This document shows, in pieces, positions 27,598 through 36,277 of a DNA stretch of 48,845 bases. How positions within the stretch are numbered: the stretch's first letter is position 1; each line of letters begins with the position of its first letter. Made by a program: the position numbers and the translations under genes. The notes under the pieces were generated by a model, which was not told where the DNA came from, made no database searches, and saw only the letters and a program-made list of their open reading frames with translations. This DNA is from Armatimonadota bacterium (GTDB lineage Bacteria; Armatimonadota; UBA5829; DTLH01). The stretch is from NCBI GenBank assembly GCA_039680575.1, contig JBDKSP010000022.1, positions 1 through 48,845 on the forward strand. The letters run 5' to 3'.

Positions 27598-27619
27598 AAC
27601 TTACTCCTACGAAGACGAG

Positions 27620-28702
27620 TTACCGAGATAGCAACTCGCATAGTTTGGTATTCAAGTAAAGCCGCTCTTTCCATACTTTAACAGAGTCCAGTAAACCGAT
27701 TCGCTCAAGTTCCTTAAGATAAGTTGCTGCAGTCTGCCGTTTGGCTAGACCCTCATCTACTAAAGTCTGACCCTTAATGTAAGGTTGCCTGAACAACAAT
27801 TCAACTAGCTCTTTCGAGTAAACCTTTGGCAGTCGGCTTTTAACAACCTCAATAGTTTCATTAAGTAGTTCTTTTATTTCCAGTATACGCTCACGTGTAA
27901 GTACGGCTGTTTGCTCTATTGCCTCCAGCATATAGAGTATCCAGGGCTCCCAATCCTGCTTTTCCGTGATGTTTCTTAAGCGTTGGTAGTATTCAGACTT
28001 GTTTTCAATAATATAGCGGCTAAGATACAACACCGGTAAATCCAGTAATCCTTGGCAAACCAGATATAGAATGCTAAGAATGCGGCCCGTACGGCCGTTG
28101 CCGTCTAAAAATGGGTGGATCGCTTCAAACTGATAATGAATAACAGCCATTTTCACCAATGGATCAGGGCCATCTGAAGAGTGTATATACTCCTCCATAT
28201 TCCTCAGCTTTTCCCGGATCACTGTCTCCCCTTCGGGCGGAGTATAGACAACTCTACGATTTGACGGATTAACCAGCGCCGTGCCAGGTATGTTTCGTAT
28301 ACCTGCGGTATCTTGTTTGATCGTATTTACAATCTTGATAAAGGCATTTGTCGTTAAGACATTCCTACGCATTACATCATGAAATCCTGTCCACAATGCC
28401 TGCCGGTAGCTCAAAACTTCCTTCGTAGCAGGATCAACGCTCGCAGTGTCAACTGCAAGAGCACGAAACAGTGCATCATTGGTTGTAACAATATTCTCAA
28501 CTTCAGAGCTTGCTTTTGCTTCCTGCAATACTATTGAGTTTATCAAAATGCTCTGATCCGGTATTGCCTCGCCAATACCTTTCAACTCCGCAAGCACTCG
28601 ACCTGCCGTTATGGTCTTTCGAAGTACAGCTTTTGTCTCGATATCAACTTTAGGAGGAAGTTCAGGCAAGTCATTATACGGTTTCGTTGCATCGAATGCC
28701 AT
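27620..28702 (-). CDS. fic: Fic family adenylyltransferase with N-terminal inhibitory helix and C-terminal winged HTH
   Basis: HPFLDGNGRTGR Fic motif, SSEVEN inhibitory motif, KPYNDLP N-terminus, C-terminal RQTA..YL..L...G.L; start placed at MAFD (28702). Confidence 0.93.
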   Translation of the reverse strand: MAFDATKPYNDLPELPPKVDIETKAVLRKTITAGRVLAELKGIGEAIPDQSILINSIVLQEAKASSEVENIVTTNDALFRALAVDTASVDPATKEVLSYRQALWTGFHDVMRRNVLTTNAFIKIVNTIKQDTAGIRNIPGTALVNPSNRRVVYTPPEGETVIREKLRNMEEYIHSSDGPDPLVKMAVIHYQFEAIHPFLDGNGRTGRILSILYLVCQGLLDLPVLYLSRYIIENKSEYYQRLRNITEKQDWEPWILYMLEAIEQTAVLTRERILEIKELLNETIEVVKSRLPKVYSKELVELLFRQPYIKGQTLVDEGLAKRQTAATYLKELERIGLLDSVKVWKERLYLNTKLCELLSR

Positions 28703-28758
28703 ATCTTTGCGCAACCTCATAATCCAACTATATTAATCGCATTATCCGGAAGAATTAT

Positions 28759-29832
28759 TTAACGTACTACTACAATATCCTTAGTCGACTTCGTTAGGAC
28801 CTCTACGCCGGACTCCGTAACGACGATATCGTCTTCTATCCTTACGCCGCCCCAGTCTTCGACATATATTCCCGGCTCGACGGTGATTACCATACCCGGT
28901 TCAAGCACAATACTGCTCCTCTGGCTAAACCCATCACCATCATGTACCGTGAGTCCTATGCTGTGCCCCAGCCCATGCCCGAAGTAATCGCCGTAGCCTT
29001 CAGACTTTATGTGCTCTCTGGCAATGGTATCTATCTCGCTGCCCTTCACACCGGGCTTAATTGCATGGATCGCAGCCATTTGAGCATCGAGAACGACGTT
29101 ATATACCTCTCGCTGGCGCTCGTCCGGCTCTCCCATAAAGATGGTGCGGGTCAGATCGGAACAATAACCGTCTACCAGCGCGCCGAAATCCATCTTGAGC
29201 ATCTGTCCCTCTTTCAGGACATCGCCGGTCGGCTGATGATGGGGACACGCTGCGTTCGGGCCAGCCGCCACTATCGTATCGAACGATTCTTTCTCCGCGC
29301 CAAGCTTGCGCATATATGTGTCCATTTCGAGCGCTATCTCACGCTCCGTCATCCCCGGCTTGACCCAGGAGACGACGTGAGAGAAACATTTGTCGGCAAC
29401 AACGACAGCGCGTTTTATGGCATCGATCTCGCCTGAGTCTTTCACCATCCTTAGTTTTTCGACCATTCCCTTTACGCCGATAAGCCTGGTGTTCTTCGAC
29501 ACCACCCTCCGAAGCTCAAGATGCGTGCTGTATGTTACACAGTTCGGCTCGAACCCGAGCCTTTTGGGGGCTGATTCATCTAATATCTCTGCTGCGGCTT
29601 CCAATACGCCGCCGGAGTACAGAATCACATCAAAGTCGGGGCATTCACCGGATGCCTGAAGGACATACCTGGAATCCACGAGGATAATTGCCTCATCGTT
29701 CGTGATGATGACAGTGGCGGTGCTTCCGGTGAACCCGCTTATGTATCGGATATTGACGAGATTTGTGATGAGCATTGCATCCACACGCTGTTTGCTCATC
29801 TCTTCCCTTATCCGCTCTAATCGCTTGCTCAT
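28759..29832 (-). CDS. Xaa-Pro aminopeptidase (M24B)
   Basis: Creatinase-like N-domain; DFG....Y.SDLTRT, HGLGHSIG, TVEPGIY and GVRIEDD motifs. Confidence 0.93.
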   Translation of the reverse strand: MSKRLERIREEMSKQRVDAMLITNLVNIRYISGFTGSTATVIITNDEAIILVDSRYVLQASGECPDFDVILYSGGVLEAAAEILDESAPKRLGFEPNCVTYSTHLELRRVVSKNTRLIGVKGMVEKLRMVKDSGEIDAIKRAVVVADKCFSHVVSWVKPGMTEREIALEMDTYMRKLGAEKESFDTIVAAGPNAACPHHQPTGDVLKEGQMLKMDFGALVDGYCSDLTRTIFMGEPDERQREVYNVVLDAQMAAIHAIKPGVKGSEIDTIAREHIKSEGYGDYFGHGLGHSIGLTVHDGDGFSQRSSIVLEPGMVITVEPGIYVEDWGGVRIEDDIVVTESGVEVLTKSTKDIVVVR

Positions 29833-29863
29833 ATCTTCTCCTTACAGCTTTTCTTTTATCACA

Positions 29864-30082
29864 AAAGCACGAAAGGGAGAAACGAAGAAAGGAAATTGCA
29901 AGTGGATGTCGATAAAAAAGCGGCGTCAAGCCGCCGCACTCCCAAAGTGGTTCCCCATGCTTCGGGATCGCTTTTCATCCACCCCGCGGACCTACCGGAC
30001 CACGGGGAGAAACACGAGTTTCTGCCAATCTTCGGGACCGCAGTTCGTCCTGCTTATCCCTTCAGTACCTCTTTCGTGCTTT
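29864..30082. repeat. MITE-like segment bounded by 12-bp inverted repeats, containing a GGAGTGCG REP-like palindrome
   Basis: AAAGCACGAAAG (29864-29875) and CTTTCGTGCTTT (30071-30082); internal AAAGCGGCGTCAAGCCGCCGCACTCCCAAA ending at 29946. Confidence 0.55.
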
Positions 30083-30108
30083 CCCCATTTCGCACTTTCA
30101 GGTTAAAT

Positions 30109-30543
30109 CTATCCTGCTAAAATCGATTTTAAGGCATTAAGCGCCAGGAGATAGCTCTCGACACCAAAGCCGGAAATTACCCCTTTTACAACCGGTGCTG
30201 TCACGGAAACTTTGCGGAAGTCCTCTCTCGCGTAGATATTGGACATATGGACCTCCACCACCGGGAGACCTGCTGCTGCCAAAGCGTCTCTTATCGCATA
30301 GCTGTAATGAGTATAGGCGCCCGGATTGATAATGATGCCGCCTACTGATTTTATCGCTTGCTGGATAGCATCTATAATCTCACCTTCGCTGTTTGACTGG
30401 TAAAACTCGACATTCACCCCAAGATCACCGGCGGCAGCATATATTTTATTGTTTACCTCATCGAGAGTCATGCTGCCGTAGACATCCGGCTCGCGGGTTC
30501 CCAACATATTCAGGTTGGGGCCATGAATAACAAGTATTTTCAT
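30109..30543 (-). CDS. aroQ: Type II 3-dehydroquinate dehydratase
   Basis: [29 protein letters not shown] and EVHMSN..ARE.FR motifs. Confidence 0.97.
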   Translation of the reverse strand: MKILVIHGPNLNMLGTREPDVYGSMTLDEVNNKIYAAAGDLGVNVEFYQSNSEGEIIDAIQQAIKSVGGIIINPGAYTHYSYAIRDALAAAGLPVVEVHMSNIYAREDFRKVSVTAPVVKGVISGFGVESYLLALNALKSILAG

Positions 30544-30710
30544 TCAGTCTCCTCGACCAGCATGGCCGGAACACCGTCCTCTACAGGATACACCCTGCCG
30601 CATTTCTCACAGACCAATTTACCGTCTTTCAGCTCGACTCTGGGCCGGTCTTCGCAGGCCGGACAGCGCAGCATATCTAGCAGCCTCTGACTAATTGGCT
30701 TCTCCTGCAT
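30540..30710 (-). CDS. Trm112/YcaR-like zinc-binding protein (56 aa)
   Basis: [10 protein letters not shown]...[26 protein letters not shown]; overlaps wzt and aroQ. Confidence 0.88.
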   Translation of the reverse strand: MQEKPISQRLLDMLRCPACEDRPRVELKDGKLVCEKCGRVYPVEDGVPAMLVEETE

Positions 30711-31455
30711 CTTTGTCCTCCTTACCCGGCACGGCATCTATAGTATAAGCATCCACGACACTATCGGCCGAGCCTTCCATGTGGACCAGTCCCTGGTCCA
30801 GCCATATCGTCCTGGACGCGACGCGGCGCACGGCGGGCAGGTCATGAGAAACAAATATAATTGTCTTCCCGAGCTTTTGAAACTCCTCTATCTTGCTGTA
30901 ACACTTGGACTGGAACGATTCATCGCCTACAGCCAGAACCTCATCCACCAGAAGAACATCGGGATCGACTTGCACGGCAACGGAGAACCCCAGCCGCATA
31001 ACCATCCCCTTGGAATAGGTCTTGATCGGAGCATCTATGAACTTCTCGAGCTCGGCAAACTGGACTATCTCGTCGATCTTACCCTTCATATCGCGGGTCC
31101 TGATGCCGAGTATAGTCCCATTCAGGTAAATGTTCTCTATCCCTGTTAACTCCGGATGAAACCCTGCTCCAAGTTCGAGGAGCGCAGAGACCCTCCCGCG
31201 AACTATTACATTCCCGCTCGTCGGCTTGTATATACGGCCGATGATCCCCAGCATCGTGCTTTTACCCGAACCATTTTTTCCGATAACCGCCAGCGTCTCA
31301 CCCTGCCGGACGGAGATATTTACCCCTTTCAGCGCCTGGAGTTCCTCCGGTTTTCTACTGCAAAACGTAAGCATCATCGATTTGAGCGAACCGGCTTGTC
31401 CGTGCCACAGTTTGAATGTCTTCTTCACATCCTGGATTTCGACTGAGTATTCCAT
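30691..31455 (-). CDS. wzt: Polysaccharide/teichoic acid export ABC ATPase (Wzt/TagH-like), no C-terminal carbohydrate-binding domain
   Basis: GKNGSGKST, LGAGFHPELTG.ENI, YSKGMVMRLGFS, DEVLAVGD and VSH motifs. Confidence 0.92.
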   Translation of the reverse strand: MEYSVEIQDVKKTFKLWHGQAGSLKSMMLTFCSRKPEELQALKGVNISVRQGETLAVIGKNGSGKSTMLGIIGRIYKPTSGNVIVRGRVSALLELGAGFHPELTGIENIYLNGTILGIRTRDMKGKIDEIVQFAELEKFIDAPIKTYSKGMVMRLGFSVAVQVDPDVLLVDEVLAVGDESFQSKCYSKIEEFQKLGKTIIFVSHDLPAVRRVASRTIWLDQGLVHMEGSADSVVDAYTIDAVPGKEDKDAGEAN

Positions 31456-32300
31456 CAAATCTGCTCCGCGAAGCTCCATTTACGGGCGTTGAAGTAAGCA
31501 TAGCCGAGAATTGCTATCACAAGCGATATGACTCCTGTTATCGCAAGAAACTCGTAGTTGAAAGGCAGGTCCTTCAGCTCGAATGCCGTTTTTACATGAG
31601 GTGGGACACTGTAGGGCGGCAAAAGCAGTTTTCTGAATGCAATGACAATCGTGTTCAGCGGGACCAGTTGATACAGGGAAAAGAATATGTTCCGTGTCGC
31701 TGCCGGAAGCTTTGTATAGATCATCTCAGAGAGATAGATCACCGGAGTGAGATAAAACAGAATATTGAGAAGTACCGATACTATATATTTTATGTCTTCG
31801 TAAAACACGTTGAGGCAAGAGATGAAAAACGCAAGCCCCGTTATCAAAAGGAACTCGATCAAGATCAAAACCGGCAGGAGAAGCCATGTAGCCACAATCG
31901 GGGTGCCGATAACAAGAAGGTAAACGAAAAACACGGCGACAGCAAGCAAAAAATGTATAAGGTTTGCGATTACCATCGAAAGCGGCAGGACTTCGCGAGG
32001 GAAATAGACCTTTTTCAGCATATCATGATGCTTCAGTACTGCCTGGCTTGCATCCATCAGGGACATTTGGAAAAACATCCACGGGAGATACGCCACTAAC
32101 AGATACGCAGAGTAGTTCGGGATTTCCACCCTCATAATATACTTGACCACGAGCGTAATTGTTGCGACCTGTACAAGCGGATTGATGAGCGACCATAAAA
32201 ACCCCAGCACTGAGTTTTTATACCGCACCTTGAGGTCACGAACGACAAGCTGTGTAAGCAGATCGCGATATTTATAGAGTTCAGATAATTCTTTTAACAT
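31455..32300 (-). CDS. wzm: Polysaccharide export ABC permease (Wzm/TagG-like)
   Basis: RDLKVRYKNSVLGFLWSLINPL, KKVYFPRE and FYLTPVIY motifs. Confidence 0.92.
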   Translation of the reverse strand: MLKELSELYKYRDLLTQLVVRDLKVRYKNSVLGFLWSLINPLVQVATITLVVKYIMRVEIPNYSAYLLVAYLPWMFFQMSLMDASQAVLKHHDMLKKVYFPREVLPLSMVIANLIHFLLAVAVFFVYLLVIGTPIVATWLLLPVLILIEFLLITGLAFFISCLNVFYEDIKYIVSVLLNILFYLTPVIYLSEMIYTKLPAATRNIFFSLYQLVPLNTIVIAFRKLLLPPYSVPPHVKTAFELKDLPFNYEFLAITGVISLVIAILGYAYFNARKWSFAEQI

Positions 32301-32311
32301 TTACCCGTTAG

Positions 32312-32340
32312 AGTATAAATCAACCCCTGCCGCGAGTCAA
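32312..32340 (-). promoter_or_regulatory. sigma70 promoter for the wzm operon
   Basis: Minus strand TTGACT (32340-32335), 17-nt spacer, TATACT (32317-32312); only 11 nt separate the -10 from the ATG. Confidence 0.7.
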
Positions 32341-32384
32341 TTTCTAGCTGTCGGCTGATAGCTGAGTGCTGACAGCTAGAAATT
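32339..32384. repeat. GCTGANN heptamer tandem repeat folded into a hairpin at the rodA stop
   Basis: GCTGTCG GCTGATA GCTGAGT GCTGACA GCTA; AATTTCTAGCTGTC/GACAGCTAGAAATT 14-bp inverted repeat. Confidence 0.7.
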
Positions 32385-33479
32385 TATCTTATGCCTTCTC
32401 ATACCGATCCCGGCCAGAATGCCGAGAGCCAGCATGTTGGCAAGCAGGCTGCTCCCGCCATAACTGAAAAGTGGAAGAGGGACACCGGTTACAGGCATAA
32501 TCCCAAGCGTCATCCCTATATTTACGAATATATGGAACATAAACATGCACACAACACCGGCGGCTATAAGCCTGCCTATGTCATCTTCAGTCTCCGACAT
32601 TATCGTTAAGCCCTTCCACAACAGGAGGAAATACATCAATATGAGCGGCGCAGCGCCGACAAACCCAAACTCCTCCGCTGCCACGGTGAATATGAAATCG
32701 GTATGGTTCTCGGGTATAAACCCTAGTTGGCTCTGGGTCCCGCGGAGCCAGCCTTTGCCTGCCACCTGCCCGGAGCCGATTGCGATCCTTGACTGGACGA
32801 TGTGATACCCGGAACCCCTGGGGTCCGATTTCGGGTTGATAAAACTTGTGAGTCTCGCTTTCTGATAGTCCTCAAGTACACCGACATTCCATCCGATAGC
32901 GCCGATTATTACTACACCGAGTACAAATATAGTCAAATGCTTCCAGTTAGCGCCGGCGATTAGCGTCATCCCGAACCAGATGGATGTTAAGACCAGCGAT
33001 GTTCCCAAATCCGGCTGTTTGAAGATAAAGAGTATCGGCACAGCGACGTGGACGAAAGAAAGCACGAAAGTCCCGAATTCATTGATTTTGTCCTTGTGTT
33101 TGACCAGGAAGACAGCCAGTGTGATAATAATTGCAATCTTCGCAAACTCCGATGGTTGGATAACAAGACTGCCGACCCCGATCCACCGCTGAGAACCTTT
33201 ACGCTCGACACCTATGACGAAGACGCTTGCCAGGAAAAACAGGTTAATTCCGTAGATCCAACTTGCTATGCGTGAATAGCTCTTATGGTCGATTGACGCG
33301 GCGACAGCAAACGCGATGAATCCGGCCACAGCCCACATCAACTGCTTTCGGACCATCGTCATTTCATTTCCGCTGCCTCTGCTTGCACTATATATGGTCA
33401 AGAGACCGTATGTAATAATAGCCAGCATCAGCAGGACAAGGCCGATATCAAAATTTTTAAGAAGCCTTCGTTCGACCAT
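32376..33479 (-). CDS. rodA: Rod shape-determining protein RodA (SEDS)
   Basis: G.QRWI, QPSEFAK, QPDLGT, DP.GSGYH..QS.IAIGSG, PENHTDFIF and PVTGVPLP..SYGGSS motifs. Confidence 0.95.
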   Translation of the reverse strand: MVERRLLKNFDIGLVLLMLAIITYGLLTIYSASRGSGNEMTMVRKQLMWAVAGFIAFAVAASIDHKSYSRIASWIYGINLFFLASVFVIGVERKGSQRWIGVGSLVIQPSEFAKIAIIITLAVFLVKHKDKINEFGTFVLSFVHVAVPILFIFKQPDLGTSLVLTSIWFGMTLIAGANWKHLTIFVLGVVIIGAIGWNVGVLEDYQKARLTSFINPKSDPRGSGYHIVQSRIAIGSGQVAGKGWLRGTQSQLGFIPENHTDFIFTVAAEEFGFVGAAPLILMYFLLLWKGLTIMSETEDDIGRLIAAGVVCMFMFHIFVNIGMTLGIMPVTGVPLPLFSYGGSSLLANMLALGILAGIGMRRHKINF

Positions 33480-33582
33480 TTTGCTACTCTTCCATTATAA
33501 TGTACAAACGTGTAGACTTGACAGATGGAAACGCATATTACTCAAGATTTTTATTATTGACAGCTCTACAGGAGAACGTCTA

Positions 33583-34893
33583 TTGAAGAATACGACCATA
33601 ACAACGGCTGTGTTAGCGCTGTTTACCGCAATATTGGCCTCCACGGCAGTCGGATCGATAAATTCGCCAGTAACATCGGCAACACTTGATAACGGACTCA
33701 AGGTCATTGTTCAGGAAGACCACTCGACAGACCTGGTAGCCGTCGATATATGGATAAAGGCCGGCAGCATCAATGAGACATCAGAGACCAGCGGGGTTTC
33801 GCATTTTATTGAGCACCTTCTGTTTAAAGCTACGGAAAAACGCGGTCCCGGACAGGTCGATATGGAGATAGAGAGCATCGGCGCCAGCCTCGAAGCAAAG
33901 ACGGGTAAAGACTGGACTCACTGCTTCACAGTTGTCGCCCGGCGCTACCTGGACAAGTCGCTGGATATTATGGCCGATGTCGTCACAGGACCAAAGTTCG
34001 ATCCAGGAGACATAGAGCATGAACGCCGGGTCATCACGGACGAAATAGCGAGGAAGGACAGCAGCCCTACCGCTGTACTGCAGGACTTTTTATATTCCGC
34101 GGCGTACAAATCACATCCATATGGAATGCCTGTCGAGGGTACCAAGGAATCGGTGTCTAGGGTTACACGTGAAACTATTACAGAGTTTTACAATAGACTC
34201 TACGTACCGGAGAATATGGCGGTTGTCCTGGTCGGCGATATATCCCAGGATAAAGCTGTCTCCGCAGTCAAAAAGGCATTTGCGGGGTTTAAAAGAAAAC
34301 CTCTCGTCGAAAAGGCTGTGGCGCAAGAGCCTGTAAGGACTGAGCAGATGCGAGATACGGTGCATCGGAACACGAAACTAGCTTATCTAGGTATCGCCTT
34401 CCCGGCACCGTCGGTCAGAAACCGTCCTGATGTATACTCAATGGACCTTCTTATGTCTTATCTCGGTCTTGGCTACCAGAGCTGGCTTTCAACGGAATTG
34501 AAAATCAATCAGCGGCTGGCCATAGATGTATCGAGTGATTTTTTAACGCAAAGAGACCCCGGACTCGCTATTCTAATAATCTCGACAGAGCCCGACAAGA
34601 TCGCAAAGGCTGAAGAGGCGGTTTTTAACAAGATAAACGATCTCAGGACCAATAAAATAGCGGAAACGGACCTCGCCAGAGCAAGAAGATCGCTGGAAGG
34701 CGGGTTTGCGTTCGATACTGAGACTTTCGCGGGACAGTCTTCTACCATTGGGTTCTATGCAGCGACGGACGACTTCAATCTCGCTCAGACTTACATCGAA
34801 AACATCCGAAAAGTTACGCCGAACGACGTCCTTTTCCTGGCAAAGAAGTATCTCGATCCTAACAAAGCAGTCGTCGTGACCCTTGGGCCCTAA
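33583..34893 (+). CDS. M16 family zinc peptidase, catalytic subunit (exported)
   Basis: HFIEH (HxxEH), LDNGL and HPYG.P..G motifs. Start moved to TTG 33583 (AGGAGA SD, followed by a signal peptide). Confidence 0.9.
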   Translation: MKNTTITTAVLALFTAILASTAVGSINSPVTSATLDNGLKVIVQEDHSTDLVAVDIWIKAGSINETSETSGVSHFIEHLLFKATEKRGPGQVDMEIESIGASLEAKTGKDWTHCFTVVARRYLDKSLDIMADVVTGPKFDPGDIEHERRVITDEIARKDSSPTAVLQDFLYSAAYKSHPYGMPVEGTKESVSRVTRETITEFYNRLYVPENMAVVLVGDISQDKAVSAVKKAFAGFKRKPLVEKAVAQEPVRTEQMRDTVHRNTKLAYLGIAFPAPSVRNRPDVYSMDLLMSYLGLGYQSWLSTELKINQRLAIDVSSDFLTQRDPGLAILIISTEPDKIAKAEEAVFNKINDLRTNKIAETDLARARRSLEGGFAFDTETFAGQSSTIGFYAATDDFNLAQTYIENIRKVTPNDVLFLAKKYLDPNKAVVVTLGP

Positions 34894-34915
34894 TATAACA
34901 GGAGAATTGCCGAGT

Positions 34916-36268
34916 ATGTCTATTTGCAGGAGTTCCATTCCGATATTTACGCTTTTAATCATGAGCTTCGCATTTTCCGCTGCTACAGCCGATTCGAAAG
35001 CGTTCACTAAAACGGTTCTGCCTAACGGGTTGACGGTTATCGTAAAGCCGGAAGAGAGCGCAGGAATAGTCGCAATTGAAGTTTTCATCAAGGCAGGTGC
35101 TTCTGAGGAGCGGGAGTCCAACGCTGGGATCGGCAACATGATCGCACATACTCTCCTTACGAGCACCAGGAACAAACGTGCTGAAAAGGTTGCAGCAATT
35201 GCGGACGAAGTAGGTGGAAACCTGCAGACTGAGTGGCATCCCGACTATACTGAGATCAAGGCGATAACGACCACATCCGAATTCGAAAATGCCGTTATCC
35301 TGCTGGGAGACATTCTGAATAATGCTGATTTCGAGCGAAAGTGGGTCGACCGCGCGAGGCAGGACATACTTGCTGAAATGGCTGCCGAAGACGATGATAT
35401 CTTCAACGCTACCTACGAACAGATCAGGCAGCGGCTTTACAAAGACAATCCTTACCACCGTCCGCCAAGTGGTTATACAAGGGTAATTCAGAGCATAACG
35501 CCGGACGACCTTCAGCAGTTCTATAACCAGTACTATGTTCCGAACAATATAGTTATATCTGTCGTCGGCGATGTTAAGGCAGATAAAGCCGCGAGAATGT
35601 TCTCTATGGCGTTTGCGGGCACCAGTTCAAAGACTCTGCCTAAACAGCGTCAAATTCCTGAGGAATCCCTCACGGAGTCGAAGAGCGACCTGCTGGAACG
35701 GCCTATCGGCGCCGCTTACATTATGTTCGGGTTCCTTGCGCCGTCGGTCACATCGCCGGACTACCCGGCGGCGAGAGTAGCCGCAGTCGCGCTTGGGAGT
35801 GGAAAGGGATCGAGGATGTTCCAAGACCTTCGCGAAAAGCAGGGGCTTGCCTACGAGCTTGGGACTATTTACCCGATGATGAAGGAGCAAAGCCACATGC
35901 TCGTCTATCTGGTGACCGATCCTTACCGGCTCACCTATCCGGGATTCACAATCGAGATGACCCTGGAGGATGTAAAAAAGGCCGTTCTGGCTGAGATCAA
36001 CAAAATCCAGAATGAGCCGCTTACAAATGAAGAATTGGAACGTGCAAAGCGTTATACTATAGGCACATACGCACTCTCTCATCAGCGGATACGGGAGCGG
36101 GCGTTCCATCTTGGGTGGATGGAAGCAATCGGACTCGGCTGCGAATACGACTCCGCATACGATTCAAAGATCGAGGCTGTAACAGCCGCCGATGTCCAGC
36201 TTGCTGCCAGGAAGTACTTGAACAACTATGCTATGACTATAGTTTTACCGGAAGCGATAGAGAAGTAA
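34916..36268 (+). CDS. M16 family peptidase, non-catalytic partner subunit
   Basis: LPNGL and SRMFQ.LREK.GLAY motifs; HxxEH replaced by NMIAH; signal peptide; AGGAGA SD. Confidence 0.88.
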   Translation: MSICRSSIPIFTLLIMSFAFSAATADSKAFTKTVLPNGLTVIVKPEESAGIVAIEVFIKAGASEERESNAGIGNMIAHTLLTSTRNKRAEKVAAIADEVGGNLQTEWHPDYTEIKAITTTSEFENAVILLGDILNNADFERKWVDRARQDILAEMAAEDDDIFNATYEQIRQRLYKDNPYHRPPSGYTRVIQSITPDDLQQFYNQYYVPNNIVISVVGDVKADKAARMFSMAFAGTSSKTLPKQRQIPEESLTESKSDLLERPIGAAYIMFGFLAPSVTSPDYPAARVAAVALGSGKGSRMFQDLREKQGLAYELGTIYPMMKEQSHMLVYLVTDPYRLTYPGFTIEMTLEDVKKAVLAEINKIQNEPLTNEELERAKRYTIGTYALSHQRIRERAFHLGWMEAIGLGCEYDSAYDSKIEAVTAADVQLAARKYLNNYAMTIVLPEAIEK

Positions 36269-36277
36269 GGGGTGGAT

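Noticed and set aside
29947..30068. Hammerhead, HDV-like ribozyme or SRP RNA
   Set aside because: CTGAAGG is not CUGANGA, the CTCCCCGTG loop lacks a matching P1/P3, and GGTCCGGTAGG lacks the SRP AGCAG internal loop; kept only as an unassigned structured candidate
33316..33582. N-terminal extension of the M16 ORF in the ORF track
   Set aside because: Overlaps rodA on the opposite strand; the SD and signal peptide point to TTG 33583
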